Notes: generated from the letters alone by a model not told the origin. Numbered from the whole stretch's first letter, positions 49,785 through 62,700 are shown. The stretch: DNA of 63,765 bases, filler included, from Lama guanicoe (GCA_013239625.1; 88 parts of 88 records of this genome joined end to end with filler, not necessarily neighbours in it); one strand, 5' to 3'. A program made the numbers and translations.

Positions 49785-50619
49785 TAGAACACAGAATTTA
49801 GAATATAGAACACAGAATACTGAATATAGTATTAAAATGTAGTTGAGAACACAGAATATAGAATATAGAATAAAGTTTATAGAACCCTGAATTTGGAACA
49901 TGGAATGCAGAACACAGAATTTAGAATATAGAATACAGAATACTGGATATAGAATATAGAATATAGAATGTAGAACACAGAATTTAGAATATAGAACACA
50001 GAATATAGAATATAGAATACGGGATGCAGAATATAGAATACAGAATATAGAATGTAGAACACAGAATATAGAATATAGGATAAAGTTTATAGAACCCAGA
50101 ATTTAGAAAATGGAATGCAGAACATAGAATTTACAATGTAGAATACAGAATACTGAATACAGAAATTAGAATTTAGAATATAGAACACAGAATATAGAAT
50201 ATAGGATAAAGTTTATAGAACCCAGAATTTAGAAAATGGAATGCAGAACATAGAATTTACAATGTAGAATACAGAATACTGAATACAGAAATTAGAATTT
50301 AGAATATAGAACACAGAATATAGAATATAGGATAAAGTTTATAGAACCCAGAATTTAGAAAATGGAATGCAGAACATAGAATTTACAATGTAGAATACAG
50401 AATACTGAATACAGAAATTAGAATTTAGAATATAGAACACAGAATATAGAATATAGAATACGTAATACTGAATATAGAATTTAGAATATAAAATGTAGAA
50501 CACAGAGTATAGAATATAGAATACGGAATACTGAATAAAGAATATAGAAAAAAGAATTTAGAACACAGATTATAGAATATAGAATACGGAATGCCGAAAA
50601 TAGAAAACAGAATATGGAA
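49785..50619 (+). repeat. Heptamer satellite (family D) with three identical 126-bp units
   Basis: GGATAAAGTTT at 50078, 50204, 50330 (126 = 18 x 7). Confidence 0.96.
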
Positions 50620-50719
50620 NNNNNNNNNNNNNNNNNNNNNNNNNNNNNNNNNNNNNNNNNNNNTTAATTAATTAANNNNNNNNNNNNNNNNNNNNNNNNN
50701 NNNNNNNNNNNNNNNNNNN

Positions 50720-51336
50720 CACTGCAGGAAATAAAGACTCCAGCTAGAACTTTCAGAAATAATTCTCAATATTACATTGTTGTGCTGCTCCACCAAAGGA
50801 GATGTTGCCTAACTGAGAAGTTGCCACAGTTCTCAGTTCCTAAGAACCACACCGCTATGGAACCATGATCAAAGCACCATGACCAGGAATCAGTGAGGAT
50901 CAGGAAACCATTGCTGCTATGACTTCAGAACTGCCCTGCACCAGTCAATGATGCTCTATGCCCTGACTTTTGACACCCACAAATTTGAAGACCCCAGATA
51001 AAGCAGGAACAAAGTGTCTACCTTGTTTTTGCCTATTAAGTCCCATACAGTACTTCAGATTGATGGAATCTACTTTACATTAAAAACCCTACCTGCAAGG
51101 GAGTCTGGGCAATGCCTAGCTTCCCAGCCCCTGCCGTCAGGAAGGCACACTGGAAGGAGGAAGAAACACACACCAGTCTCTCACATGGAAGGGAGTTTGC
51201 ACTTTTAATTATCCTAGATCCTGCCAAAATGCCCCAGAGGAGAATTCTCTTTGCTGCCTTTATAAAACTAAGATCTCTGTGGCCACAGTGGCCCCTGCCC
51301 TCAACGTCACTGTGACTGTGTAGACCAAAAGCAGCC
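50720..51336 (+). mobile_element. Possible ERV LTR/3' internal fragment
   Basis: General LTR-like composition with TTTATAAAA at ~51259; no diagnostic termini seen. Confidence 0.3.
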
Positions 51337-51741
51337 NNNNNNNNNNNNNNNNNNNNNNNNNNNNNNNNNNNNNNNNNNNNTTAATTAATTAANNNNNNNN
51401 NNNNNNNNNNNNNNNNNNNNNNNNNNNNNNNNNNNNGGGTGAGGTGGATTAATGATCAGCACAATCGCCGGTAGCCCAGCTCCTGAACTTGGCTGCCCAG
51501 AGGGGGCTGGGGGAATGGGTAAGGCCAGGGCACTCAGGAAGACCACAGAGGACCTGACCTCTACCCTCCGCACTTGTAAACCCCCAAATCTGAAGGCATC
51601 GGATAGAGTGCAGCCAACACAATAATGAGATGCTCCCATCANNNNNNNNNNNNNNNNNNNNNNNNNNNNNNNNNNNNNNNNNNNNTTAATTAATTAANNN
51701 NNNNNNNNNNNNNNNNNNNNNNNNNNNNNNNNNNNNNNNNN

Positions 51742-51942
51742 ATAAAAAGAATAAGTTCTTGTCATTTGCAAATAATGGGTAGACCAAGAGTTTAATATGA
51801 TAAGTGAAATAATTCAGAAAGAGAATGACAAATGCTGTATGATTTTACTTATATTTGGAACTTAAAATGAATGAACATAACACAATAGAAATATAGATAT
51901 AGATATATAAAGAAACTGTTCACAAGAAGGAGGGAAATGGGG
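51742..51942 (+). mobile_element. LINE-1 3' end fragment
   Basis: ataaaaagaa...cttgtcatttgcaa...aagtgaaataattcagaaagagaatgacaaat. Confidence 0.8.
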
Positions 51943-52042
51943 NNNNNNNNNNNNNNNNNNNNNNNNNNNNNNNNNNNNNNNNNNNNTTAATTAATTAANN
52001 NNNNNNNNNNNNNNNNNNNNNNNNNNNNNNNNNNNNNNNNNN

Positions 52043-52711
52043 TGGGGAGGCAGCCTCTGTCCCTGGGACTTCCTGCAAAACCCCAAGCATTTCCTGGCAG
52101 AGAGATAATAGGAAAATCCTCAGGGGAGATGAGCTTAGGCTTTCCGTTAGATCCCATGCGCTGCCGACCGTTGGTGGAACCTCCCAACGCTCAGGATTCC
52201 GGAACCATTGTCAGTGCGTGGGGGAGCTCGAGAGACAACTCCACGCAGCTCTCTTCAGTCACAGGTGTTCCCTGTTCGGGGAAGTCCGAGAAATACCTTC
52301 CCTGACCTTGGGGAGGCAGCCTCTGTCCCTGGGAATTCCTACAAACCCCCCTAGCATTCCCTGGCACAGAGATATTAGGAAAACCCTCAGGGGAGACGAG
52401 CTTATGCATTCCATTAGAACCCACGCGCTGCCGACCGTTGGTGGAACCTCCTAACTCTCAGGATTCCAGAACCAATGTCAGTGTGTGGGGGAGCTCGAGA
52501 GACAACTCCACAAAGCTCTCTTAAATCACAGGTGTTCCCTCGTCGGGGAAGTCGAAGAAATACCTTCCCTGACCTTTGGGAGGCGGCCTCTGACCCTGGG
52601 TCTTCCTGCAAACCCCCCTAGCATTCCCTGGCACAGAGACATTAGGAAAACAATCAAGGGACACGAGCTAAGGCATTCCGTAAAAACCCACGCGCTGCCG
52701 ACCGTTGGTGG
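52043..52711 (+). repeat. CpG-rich 267-bp satellite (family B)
   Basis: TCAGGATTCC at 52191 and 52458 (267 bp). Confidence 0.95.
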
Positions 52712-52811
52712 NNNNNNNNNNNNNNNNNNNNNNNNNNNNNNNNNNNNNNNNNNNNTTAATTAATTAANNNNNNNNNNNNNNNNNNNNNNNNNNNNNNNNN
52801 NNNNNNNNNNN

Positions 52812-53231
52812 ACCAGTGGTGACAGGAATGCACAGGAATTGGGAGAATTATACACTTTGGGTAAAAAGGTTAGATGGTGCAGCCACTCTGGAAAACAGTA
52901 CGGCAGGGCCTCAAAAGGTTAAACAGAGTTACCATATGACCCATGTGACAGCATTTCCATCCTTAAGTATATTCCCCAAAGAAGTGGAAACATGTTTACA
53001 CCAAAACTTGGGACAGCAAGTCCCAATGTTCACAGCAGCATTATTAGCAATAGCCAAAAAGCAGAGGCAATACAAAGGTCCATCAACTGATGGATGGATA
53101 AATGGTTTAGCCCCACAACCGAGTACTGTTTGACAATAAACAGAAATGGAAATACTGACAAGCGCTGTTAACATGGACGAAACTTGAAGACGTTCTGTCA
53201 AATGAAAAAAGCTAATCATGAAGGACCGCAC
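52812..53231 (+). mobile_element. Old LINE-1 ORF2 end/3'UTR
   Basis: atggtgcagccactctggaaaacag...gttaccatatgacc...atgttcacagcagcattatt...gtccatcaactgatggatggataaa. Confidence 0.88.
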
Positions 53232-54669
53232 NNNNNNNNNNNNNNNNNNNNNNNNNNNNNNNNNNNNNNNNNNNNTTAATTAATTAANNNNNNNNNNNNN
53301 NNNNNNNNNNNNNNNNNNNNNNNNNNNNNNNGGGTCCAGGCTGTGGTGCTCCAGACATGGACGGGAAGATGAAAAGCCTGTTTGCCTCCAACAGGATCAG
53401 TCCAGTCGGGGAGTACAATGGACATGGACACGATCACGCACCATTAAGACAAGAATCAAGTGCAATTCATGCCTAGACAGGAGAGCAGATAATCTCTAAA
53501 TAGTGGAGGGGTCCCTGCCAAGGCTTGGCAAGTGTCCTTCCAGGCAGAAAAGCAGAGAAATATAATTCAGGTGAAGGAGACTAGGGTTGGTGGCTTGGTG
53601 CAAGGCCTAACGAAGCACGGGTGGAGTGCTCCAGGGTCATCTGTCAGTAGCTGTTCCCCTTCAGCAGCTAAGAGGCNNNNNNNNNNNNNNNNNNNNNNNN
53701 NNNNNNNNNNNNNNNNNNNNTTAATTAATTAANNNNNNNNNNNNNNNNNNNNNNNNNNNNNNNNNNNNNNNNNNNNCTCCTACAATAAGAGTTCCTCCAG
53801 CTTCACACTCTGTGAACATCAGTGACAACCTTAAAGGTCAAATAGTCTCAACTGCAATAGATAGGAATTGAATACTTTGCTCACACAAAGAAACGATAGC
53901 CTTCTGCTAGATTCAGCAAATGCTGGATTTATGCCTTTTCTGGGGAGAATGGAGTGTGGTAAGTGAGGGGAATGTTTGAATGAACTTGATTATGTATTAG
54001 GCCTCCGTTTTTCAAGACATTATAAGTAAATATTAGAAGTCAGATAGGGAACTGAATTGTAAAATCGCCAATGACATTAAAGATACAGATTATGAGGACC
54101 GTCTTTTAGTTGAGTCAAGACCCCGGGAGCTCTATAGCATGGGGTTTGCAGACTTGGTTGCGTTAAATTGCTTTACCCAACATTATCGTATGATTAAGCG
54201 TTCTCATCACTGATAGAAGAACACCTGGCTCTCAGTAGACTAGCATGGCTGCAGCAGGGTTCTCATAACTACAATGCTTCAAGTTGATTTTGCATTCAAA
54301 CTTAAATGTATATATTTGGTTTGTTTTCTCTTATATTTTCCAAGAGAGGGATGTTACCCCTTGAAATGCCATCATTGGCCAGTAGGTGTCTTTGGGAGTA
54401 AAGGGCACCACATGCACAAGTGAATCCAAGGTTGGGGGTTATTTCATGTTTCCAATAGATACTTCATGGTTCCTGTTGGTTTCGGAGGCTTCAACAGGAA
54501 AGAGTTGACATGACTCCTTAAACAGTTTGGACTGCTACTTTGCATTCTATCTGTCTATGTTTTCCTTACNNNNNNNNNNNNNNNNNNNNNNNNNNNNNNN
54601 NNNNNNNNNNNNNTTAATTAATTAANNNNNNNNNNNNNNNNNNNNNNNNNNNNNNNNNNNNNNNNNNNN

Positions 54670-55115
54670 ACTCGGTTTTTCAGTGAAAATTGCAAGAACT
54701 TCAAACCGGCACTAGGAAGTAGACTGAGAATCCAGACTAAGTGTTTCTCCTGCAACCTGTTCAATTTGTGCTAGATGAACGAACGTCTCTCACATGCTCA
54801 GATTTGAGACTTAAGCGTTTGTGAAAGCCGTCCTTCACCGAGCTTGTTGGGAACACAAAGTTTCTCTTCAGTTGCAGACTCCAATATATACATATATATG
54901 GAGAGGTACAAGCTCCAACTCGGTTTTTCAGTGAAAATTGCAAGAACTTCAAACCGGCACTAGGAAGTAGACTGAGAATCCAGACTAAGTGTTTCTCCTG
55001 CAACCTTTTCCATTTGTGCTAGATGAACGAACGTCTCTCACATGCTCAGATTTGAGACTTAAGCGTTTGTGAAAGCCGTCCTTCACCGAGCTTGTTGGGA
55101 ACACAAAGTTTCTCT
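54670..55115 (+). repeat. ~248-bp satellite (family A), near-identical adjacent monomers
   Basis: CTCGGTTTTTCAG at 54671 and 54919 (248 bp). Confidence 0.95.
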
Positions 55116-55216
55116 TNNNNNNNNNNNNNNNNNNNNNNNNNNNNNNNNNNNNNNNNNNNNTTAATTAATTAANNNNNNNNNNNNNNNNNNNNNNNNNNNN
55201 NNNNNNNNNNNNNNNN

Positions 55217-55495
55217 GGGGGTCACGAAGGGCCCCGGCGGGGCGCGGCCCCCACGCCCTGAGCCCTTCCCAGACTCCCCGCGCTGAGCGAGGGCCGACCT
55301 GGAAGCTGCGGGAGCAAAGCCCCAGCAAGAACGGCCAGGGCCTGCCCCAGACTCCTGGCGCGCAGAAGACGGGTGGCTTGGAGGGGTCGGGGTCTGCGCT
55401 GGAATCAGGGTCGAGGGTCCTAGGCCAAGGCCGCGGTTGTGAACGCCTAGGTCGGGAGGGAATCTGCGCGGGTGTGTGCGGCCGGAACACGGGTG
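55217..55495. promoter_or_regulatory. CpG-island-like fragment
   Basis: Very GC- and CpG-rich (ggccccggcggggcgcggcccc); no gene context. Confidence 0.5.
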
Positions 55496-55595
55496 NNNNN
55501 NNNNNNNNNNNNNNNNNNNNNNNNNNNNNNNNNNNNNNNTTAATTAATTAANNNNNNNNNNNNNNNNNNNNNNNNNNNNNNNNNNNNNNNNNNNN

Positions 55596-56296
55596 GGATT
55601 ATGGTTTGGTTTGAGGCACAGGATGCGCAACAGCTCTGTGCTTGAATTCGTGAACCCGTGCCACAGGGATGAGAGGACAAGGAAGTGTGGTCCAAGTCCA
55701 CAGCGTGAGAAGAGGAAGCATTTCCTTCAGCACTATCTCCCAAAAGATGATGCTACATTTTCGGTGGCACCGGCACGGTACGGCACCGAGGACACCAAGG
55801 TAGGTCTGTGGGATCATTTCAGCAGGCCCTGATGTGTGACATCCATGGATGTGCTAACACTGGTGATTCAGTAGATAGAGAAGCTCTGGGAAGAACTGCT
55901 TTCATTGGGACATTCCCGTGGCACTACAAAGCACAAGCGCACTCTCAGTTTGCTGTTTTGGAAACACTCCAAAATGACATAGAGCAGAATGCAGAGCTGA
56001 GAACTTTTAGAAGCCTCATTTCCACATGCGGATGTGTCTTGCGCACTTTCAGAAAAGTGAGATAAGCGTAATCAAAATGAATTTATGCTAATGGAAATAA
56101 TATGAGTTGTTCATCACAACAAATGCAACACCAGCAATTGGAGATATACCAGACAACACACACAGGAACAGAATATGGCATCAATGTCAAGGAGAAATTG
56201 TCCTCACAGTAATCCCATGCAATTCCGTAGAGCCAAGAGTCTAAAACTTTCACTTAACAAAGCCCTAGAAGTCTCCACTAGATACCTGATATTACC
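55596..56296 (+). repeat. Family E element, central part
   Basis: Overlaps 6826-7062 at left and reverse complements of 25352-25709, 42159-42373, 43985-44094 at right. Confidence 0.88.
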
Positions 56297-56396
56297 NNNN
56301 NNNNNNNNNNNNNNNNNNNNNNNNNNNNNNNNNNNNNNNNTTAATTAATTAANNNNNNNNNNNNNNNNNNNNNNNNNNNNNNNNNNNNNNNNNNNN

Positions 56397-57115
56397 AATA
56401 CAATATTCAGTATTCTGTATTCTATATTCTAAATTGTGTGTTCTGTATCCCATGTTCTAAATTTTGTGTTCCATATACTCTATTCTTTGTTCTAAATTCT
56501 GAGTTCTACATTCTGTATTCTGTATTCTATATTCTGCATTCCGTAATCTATATTCTCTATTCTGTTTTCTATATTCTATATTCTAAATTCTATATTCAGT
56601 ATTCCGTATTCTGTATACTATACTCTGTGTTCAACTTTCTATATTGTAAATTTTATATTAAGTATTCTATATTCTATATTCTAAAATCTGTGTTCTCCTT
56701 TCCGTGTTCTAAGTTCAGAGTTCTCTATACTATATTCTATATTCTATATTCTGTGTTCTACATTCTATATTCTAAATTCTATATTCTGTATTCTTTATTC
56801 TGTATCCTAAATTCTGTGTTCTACATACTATATTCAAAATTATATATTCAGTATTCTGTTTCTATATTCTAAATTGTGTGTTCTGCATTCCATGTTCTAA
56901 ATTCTGGGTTCTATATTCTCTATTTTACATTTTGTGCTCATTATTCTATATTCTATATTCTATATTCTTCATTCCGTTGTCTATATTCTATATTCGGTGT
57001 TCTACATTCTATATTCTAAATTCTATATTCAGTATTCAACTCTCTATATTCTGAATTCTGTGTTTGACATTCTATATTCTAAATTCTATATTCAGTAATC
57101 TGTATTGTATATTCT
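56397..57115 (-). repeat. Heptamer satellite (family D)
   Basis: ATATTCT periodicity. Confidence 0.95.
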
Positions 57116-57215
57116 NNNNNNNNNNNNNNNNNNNNNNNNNNNNNNNNNNNNNNNNNNNNTTAATTAATTAANNNNNNNNNNNNNNNNNNNNNNNNNNNNN
57201 NNNNNNNNNNNNNNN

Positions 57216-57292
57216 ACAAAGTGGTTTGAATCACTATGCTGTACATCTGAAAATACACAATATTTTACATCTACTGTACTTCAATTAAAATT
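57216..57292 (+). mobile_element. LINE-1 extreme 3' end
   Basis: tgaatcactatgctgtacatctgaaa...ctgtacttcaattaaaa. Confidence 0.7.
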
Positions 57293-57706
57293 GAAATATA
57301 TTGTGTATTTTTTTTATTTTTCCACTGATAGCATCTTCCATTAATATTGCTTAATTTTACACTTTACTTTTTATGATTACTGTTTTAAATTATTTCTTTT
57401 ACTCTTGTGAACATGATACCAGTTTGAAGTATCTATACTTATTGCCACTGATTTCCTATTTTTCTCTCTTTATCACTATAGTAGAGTAGCATTTAAGAAC
57501 ATAACCAAACAAACAGTTGCAACTTTCTCGTGGTCTCTCCTGAGCATTTTGGACAATGCTTTGCATATTTTTGCCATTTTATATTTCCTAGAAGGCTTCT
57601 TTTCTANNNNNNNNNNNNNNNNNNNNNNNNNNNNNNNNNNNNNNNNNNNNTTAATTAATTAANNNNNNNNNNNNNNNNNNNNNNNNNNNNNNNNNNNNNN
57701 NNNNNN

Positions 57707-58416
57707 ATTTTTCAAGGAAAATATACAAATGGCCAATAAGTACAATGAAACGATGATCAATAACATTAGCCCTAAAGGAAATCAAGTCAAAACAACTAGG
57801 AGAAACCGCTTCACACTCACTACAATAGGTTATAATAAAAAAAAAAGAGTAAAAAGCACTAATGAGGACACAGAGGAAGTGGAGCTCGCAGCCCTTGCTG
57901 GTGAGGACATAACACAGCGTGGCCACATTGGAAAATAGCCTGGCACGTCCTCAGAGAGTTGAACATTTGGTTTCTGAATTACCCAGCAATTCTGCTGTCC
58001 ACGCACACACGTAAGAGAACTGAAAACAAATGTCCTCATAAAAACTTCTACAGGAATATTGACGGTGCCATTACTATTCAGAGCCAAAAAACAGAGACAA
58101 CCCAAATGTTTATCACGTGATGAATGGGTAAACAGAGGGGCCCAGCCATACAGTGGAATATTATTCAGCAATAGCAAAGCATAGAGTACTGACCCAGGCC
58201 ACAACGTGGACAAACATTGAAAGCGTTACTCAGTGTGAAAGAAGTCAGTCACAATAGACGGTTCCACTTACATGAAGTGACTCGATTTGCATGAAATGTT
58301 CAGCACAGGCAAATCTACAGAGAGAGAAGAGTGGCTCCCTGGGGCTGGGGGAAGATGGGGAAGTTGATAATGTCAGCTTATGCGTACCGGTTTTCCAGTT
58401 GGGGGGATGAAAATGT
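57707..58416 (+). mobile_element. Old LINE-1 (L1MB-like) ORF2 end/3'UTR
   Basis: atacaaatggccaataag...tacccagcaattc...tacagtggaatattattcagca...ggggatgaaaatgt. Confidence 0.88.
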
Positions 58417-58516
58417 NNNNNNNNNNNNNNNNNNNNNNNNNNNNNNNNNNNNNNNNNNNNTTAATTAATTAANNNNNNNNNNNNNNNNNNNNNNNNNNNN
58501 NNNNNNNNNNNNNNNN

Positions 58517-58828
58517 ATTCCCTGGCACAGAGACATGTGGAAAACCCTCAGGGGAGAAGAGCACAAGCATTCCCTTATAATCCACGCGCTGCCGACCGTT
58601 GGTGGAACCTCCCCACGCTCAGGATTCCGGAAACATAGTCATTGAGTGGGGGAGCTCGAGAGACAACTCCACGCAGCTCTCTTCAGTCACAGGTGTTCCC
58701 TGATCGGGGAAGTGCGAGACTTATCTTCCCTGACCTTGGGGAGGCAGCCTCTGTCACTGGGAGTTCCTGTAAGACCCCGCAGCATTCCCTGGCACAGAGA
58801 CATGAGGAAAACCCTCAGGGGAGACGAG
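58517..58828 (+). repeat. CpG-rich 267-bp satellite (family B)
   Basis: attccctggcacagagacatg recurs ~267 bp apart. Confidence 0.94.
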
Positions 58829-58928
58829 NNNNNNNNNNNNNNNNNNNNNNNNNNNNNNNNNNNNNNNNNNNNTTAATTAATTAANNNNNNNNNNNNNNNN
58901 NNNNNNNNNNNNNNNNNNNNNNNNNNNN

Positions 58929-59156
58929 TGTATTCTATATTCTGCATTCCCGTATTCTATATTCTATTTTTTGTTCTGTATTCTATATTCTAAATTCTAT
59001 ATTCAGTATTCCGTATTCTATTTTCTAACTCTGTGTTCAACAATTGTATTCTAAATTTTATATTAAGTATTCTGTATTCTGTTTTCTAAATTCTGTGTTC
59101 TGCTTTTCGTGTTCTAAGTTGTGTGTTCTATATTCACTATTATATATTCTATATTT
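58929..59156 (-). repeat. Heptamer satellite (family D)
   Basis: ATATTCT periodicity. Confidence 0.93.
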
Positions 59157-59256
59157 NNNNNNNNNNNNNNNNNNNNNNNNNNNNNNNNNNNNNNNNNNNN
59201 TTAATTAATTAANNNNNNNNNNNNNNNNNNNNNNNNNNNNNNNNNNNNNNNNNNNN

Positions 59257-60010
59257 CAGTGCGTGGGGAGTTCGAAAGACAACTCCACGCAGCTCTCTTC
59301 AGTCATTGGTGTTCCCTGTTAGGGGGAATTCTGAGAAATACCTTCCCTGACCTTTGGGAGGCAGCCTCTGTCACTGGGTTTTCCTTCAAACCCCCTTAGC
59401 ATTCCCTGGCAGAGAGACATTAGGAAAAAACCCAGGGGAGTCGAGCTTAGGCATTCCGTTAGAACCCACGCGCTGCCGACCGTTGGTGGAACCTCCCCAC
59501 GCTCAGGATTCCGGAACCATTGTCAGTGCGTGGGGAGTTCGAAAGACAACTCCACGCAGCTCTCTTCAGTCACAGGTGTTCCCTGTTTGTTGGAATTCTG
59601 AGAAATACCTTCCCTGATCTTAGGGAGGCAGCCTCTGTCACTGGGTTTTCCTTCAAACCCCCTTAGCATTCCCTGGCAGAGAGACATTAGGAAAAAACCC
59701 AGGGGAGTCGAGCTTAGGCATTCTGTTAGAACCCACGCGCTGCTGACCGTTGGTGGAACCTCCCCACGCTCAGGATTCCGGAAGCATTGTCATTGCGTAG
59801 GGAGCTCGAGAGAGAAATACACGCAGCTCTCTTCAGTCACAGGTGTTCCCTGTTTGTTGGAATTCTGAGAAATACCTTCCCTGATCTTAGGGAGGCAGCC
59901 TCTGCCCTGGGACTTCCTGCAAACACCCCTAGCATTACCTGGCACAGAGACATTAGAAAATAACCCAGGGGAGACGAGCTTAGGCATTCTGTTAGAACCC
60001 ACGCGCTGCT
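59257..60010 (+). repeat. CpG-rich 267-bp satellite (family B)
   Basis: GCGT(G/A)GGGAG at 59261, 59528, 59795 (267 bp). Confidence 0.96.
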
Positions 60011-60453
60011 NNNNNNNNNNNNNNNNNNNNNNNNNNNNNNNNNNNNNNNNNNNNTTAATTAATTAANNNNNNNNNNNNNNNNNNNNNNNNNNNNNNNNNN
60101 NNNNNNNNNNAAGTCATCACTGGAGTGCTACCTCCAGAGTGCCCCAAAGCATCCACCACAGGCCTGCTCTTCGGACACTGTGAGTTTCCAACTTGGAGAA
60201 GGCTGCTGGCTGGTGAGGCATTCTCTGGCACATCTCTGGTTGGGTGATGTGAGCGTAGCACCCAAGAATTGGCAGACAGTAACTAACCACGATCACGTAC
60301 ATTACTGGAACACTCATGGAGGATTTTACACCTGTGCTAGTGGAATACATTATNNNNNNNNNNNNNNNNNNNNNNNNNNNNNNNNNNNNNNNNNNNNTTA
60401 ATTAATTAANNNNNNNNNNNNNNNNNNNNNNNNNNNNNNNNNNNNNNNNNNNN

Positions 60454-60900
60454 ATGTAGAACACAGAATATAGAATATAGAATACGGAATGCAGAAAATA
60501 GATTGTACATTATCGAATGAAGAACAAAGAATTTAGATTATAGAAAAGATAATATAGAATCCAGAATATAGATCATGGTAATCAGAACACAGAATTGAAA
60601 TATAGAATACAGAATACTGAATATAGAATTTTGAATATAGAATGTAGAACACAAAATATAGAATATAGAATAGAGAATATAGAACCCAGAATTTAGAAGA
60701 TGGAATACAGAACAAAGAATTTAGAATATAGAATACAGAGCACTGAATATAGAATTTACATTATAGAATGTACAACACAGTATATAGAATATAGATTACG
60801 GAATGCAGAATAAAATGTGTAGAAAATGGAATAAAGGACTCTTAAATAGAATATAGAATACAGATTATAGAACCCAGAATTTACAACATGGAAAGCAGAA
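60454..60900 (+). repeat. Heptamer satellite (family D)
   Basis: AGAATAT periodicity. Confidence 0.95.
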
Positions 60901-61000
60901 NNNNNNNNNNNNNNNNNNNNNNNNNNNNNNNNNNNNNNNNNNNNTTAATTAATTAANNNNNNNNNNNNNNNNNNNNNNNNNNNNNNNNNNNNNNNNNNNN

Positions 61001-61787
61001 TATTCTATATTCTAAATTCTGTGTTCTGCGTTCCATGTTCTAAATTCTAGCTTCTATATTCTGTAGTCTATATTCTGTGTTCAACATTCTATATTCTAAA
61101 TTCTATATTCTGTTTTCTGTATTCTATATTCTAAATTCTGTGATACAATTCTATATTCTACATTCTATATTCATTATTCTGTATTCTATATTCTAAATTC
61201 TGAGTTCTACATTCAATGTTCTAAATTCAATATTCAGGGTTATATATTCTATATTCTAAATTCTGTGTTCTGCATTCCATGCTCTAAATTCTGGGTTCTA
61301 TATTCTCTGTTCTTTATTCAATATTCTGTGTACTACATTCTATATTCTAAATTTTATATTCGGTATTCTGTATTCTATATCCTACATCCTCAGTTCTGCA
61401 TTCCTTTTTCTATATTCTGTGTTCTATATTCTGTATTCAATATTCTAAATTTTGTGTTCCTCATTCTATATTCTAAATTCTATTTTCTGTATTTGGAATT
61501 CTATATTCTAAACTCTGTGTCTACATTCAATTATCTGAATTCTGTGCTAAGCATTCCATTTTCTATATTCTTGGTTCAATATTCTCTATTGCATATTCTA
61601 AATTCTGTGTTCTACATTATATAATCTAAATTGTATAATTAGTATTCTGTATTATATATTCTAAATTCTGTGTTCTGTATTCCATGTTCTAAATTCTGGG
61701 TTCTATATTTTGTAATCTGTATTCAATATTCTGTGTTGTTCATTCTATATTCTAAATTTTATATTCTGCATTCCGTAATCTATATTC
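61001..61787 (-). repeat. Heptamer satellite (family D)
   Basis: ATATTCT periodicity. Confidence 0.95.
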
Positions 61788-61887
61788 NNNNNNNNNNNNN
61801 NNNNNNNNNNNNNNNNNNNNNNNNNNNNNNNTTAATTAATTAANNNNNNNNNNNNNNNNNNNNNNNNNNNNNNNNNNNNNNNNNNNN

Positions 61888-62600
61888 CTGCATTCCGTAT
61901 TCTATATTCTTTTTTCTGTGTGATACATTCTATATTATTAATTCTATATTCAGTATTCAGTATTCTATATTCTAAATTCTGTGTTATGCATTCCATGTTC
62001 AAAATTATAGGTTCTCTATTCTCTATTCTCTATTCTATATTCTGTGTTCTACATTATGTATTCTAAGTTCTATATTCAGAATTCTGTATTATGTATTCTA
62101 AATTCTGTGTTCTGCAATCCATGTTCTAAATTCTGGGTTCTGTATTCTGTTTTCCGTATTCTATATTCTGTGTTCTACATTCGATATTCTGTATTCTTTA
62201 TTCTATATTCTGTGTTCTACAATCTATATTCTAAATCAATATACAGTATTCTCTATTCTATACTCTAAATTCTGTGTTCTGCATTCCATGTTCTAAATTC
62301 TGGGTTTTATTTTCTCTATTCTATATTCTATATTCTGTGTTTTCAAACTATATTCGAAATTCTATATCTATTATTCTGTATTGCATATTCTAAATTCTGT
62401 GTTCTGCATTCCATGTTCTAAATTATATATTCAGTATATTGTATTCTATATTGTGTATTTTGTGTTCCGCATTGTATGTTTTAAATTCCATATTCAGTAT
62501 TCTGTATTCTATATTCTGAGTTCTGTGTTCTGCATTCCATATTCTATATTATGTGTTCTAAATTCTATATTTTGTATTCCATATTCTACATTCCGTATTC
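61888..62600 (-). repeat. Heptamer satellite (family D)
   Basis: ATATTCT periodicity. Confidence 0.95.
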
Positions 62601-62700
62601 NNNNNNNNNNNNNNNNNNNNNNNNNNNNNNNNNNNNNNNNNNNNTTAATTAATTAANNNNNNNNNNNNNNNNNNNNNNNNNNNNNNNNNNNNNNNNNNNN

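Noticed and set aside
49785..50619. Dense nGAAn motifs as heat-shock elements linked to the HSFY copy
   Set aside because: GAA units are direct repeats at 7-bp spacing, not inverted pentamers, and the fragments are not physically linked.
52274..52290. CENP-B-box-like TTCGGGGAAGTCCGA in family B
   Set aside because: Lacks the required CGGG half and is not conserved among monomers.
55596..56065. Frame GIMVWFEAQD...FQQAL...NTGDSVDREAL...NAEL with scattered resemblance to my memory of TEX15 repeats
   Set aside because: Several stops, low similarity needing gaps, and memory-based only; would need an HMM search to revive.
12768..60002. Recurrent ORFs such as MGELERQLHAALFSHRCSL... suggesting a gene family
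   Set aside because: Translations of the 267-bp satellite (267 = 89 codons keeps frame); stops and frameshifts vary among copies.
2640..62656. Many hydrophobic Y/I/L/F/S-rich ORFs (FYILYSVF...) resembling membrane proteins
   Set aside because: They are translations of the ATATTCT heptamer satellite strand.
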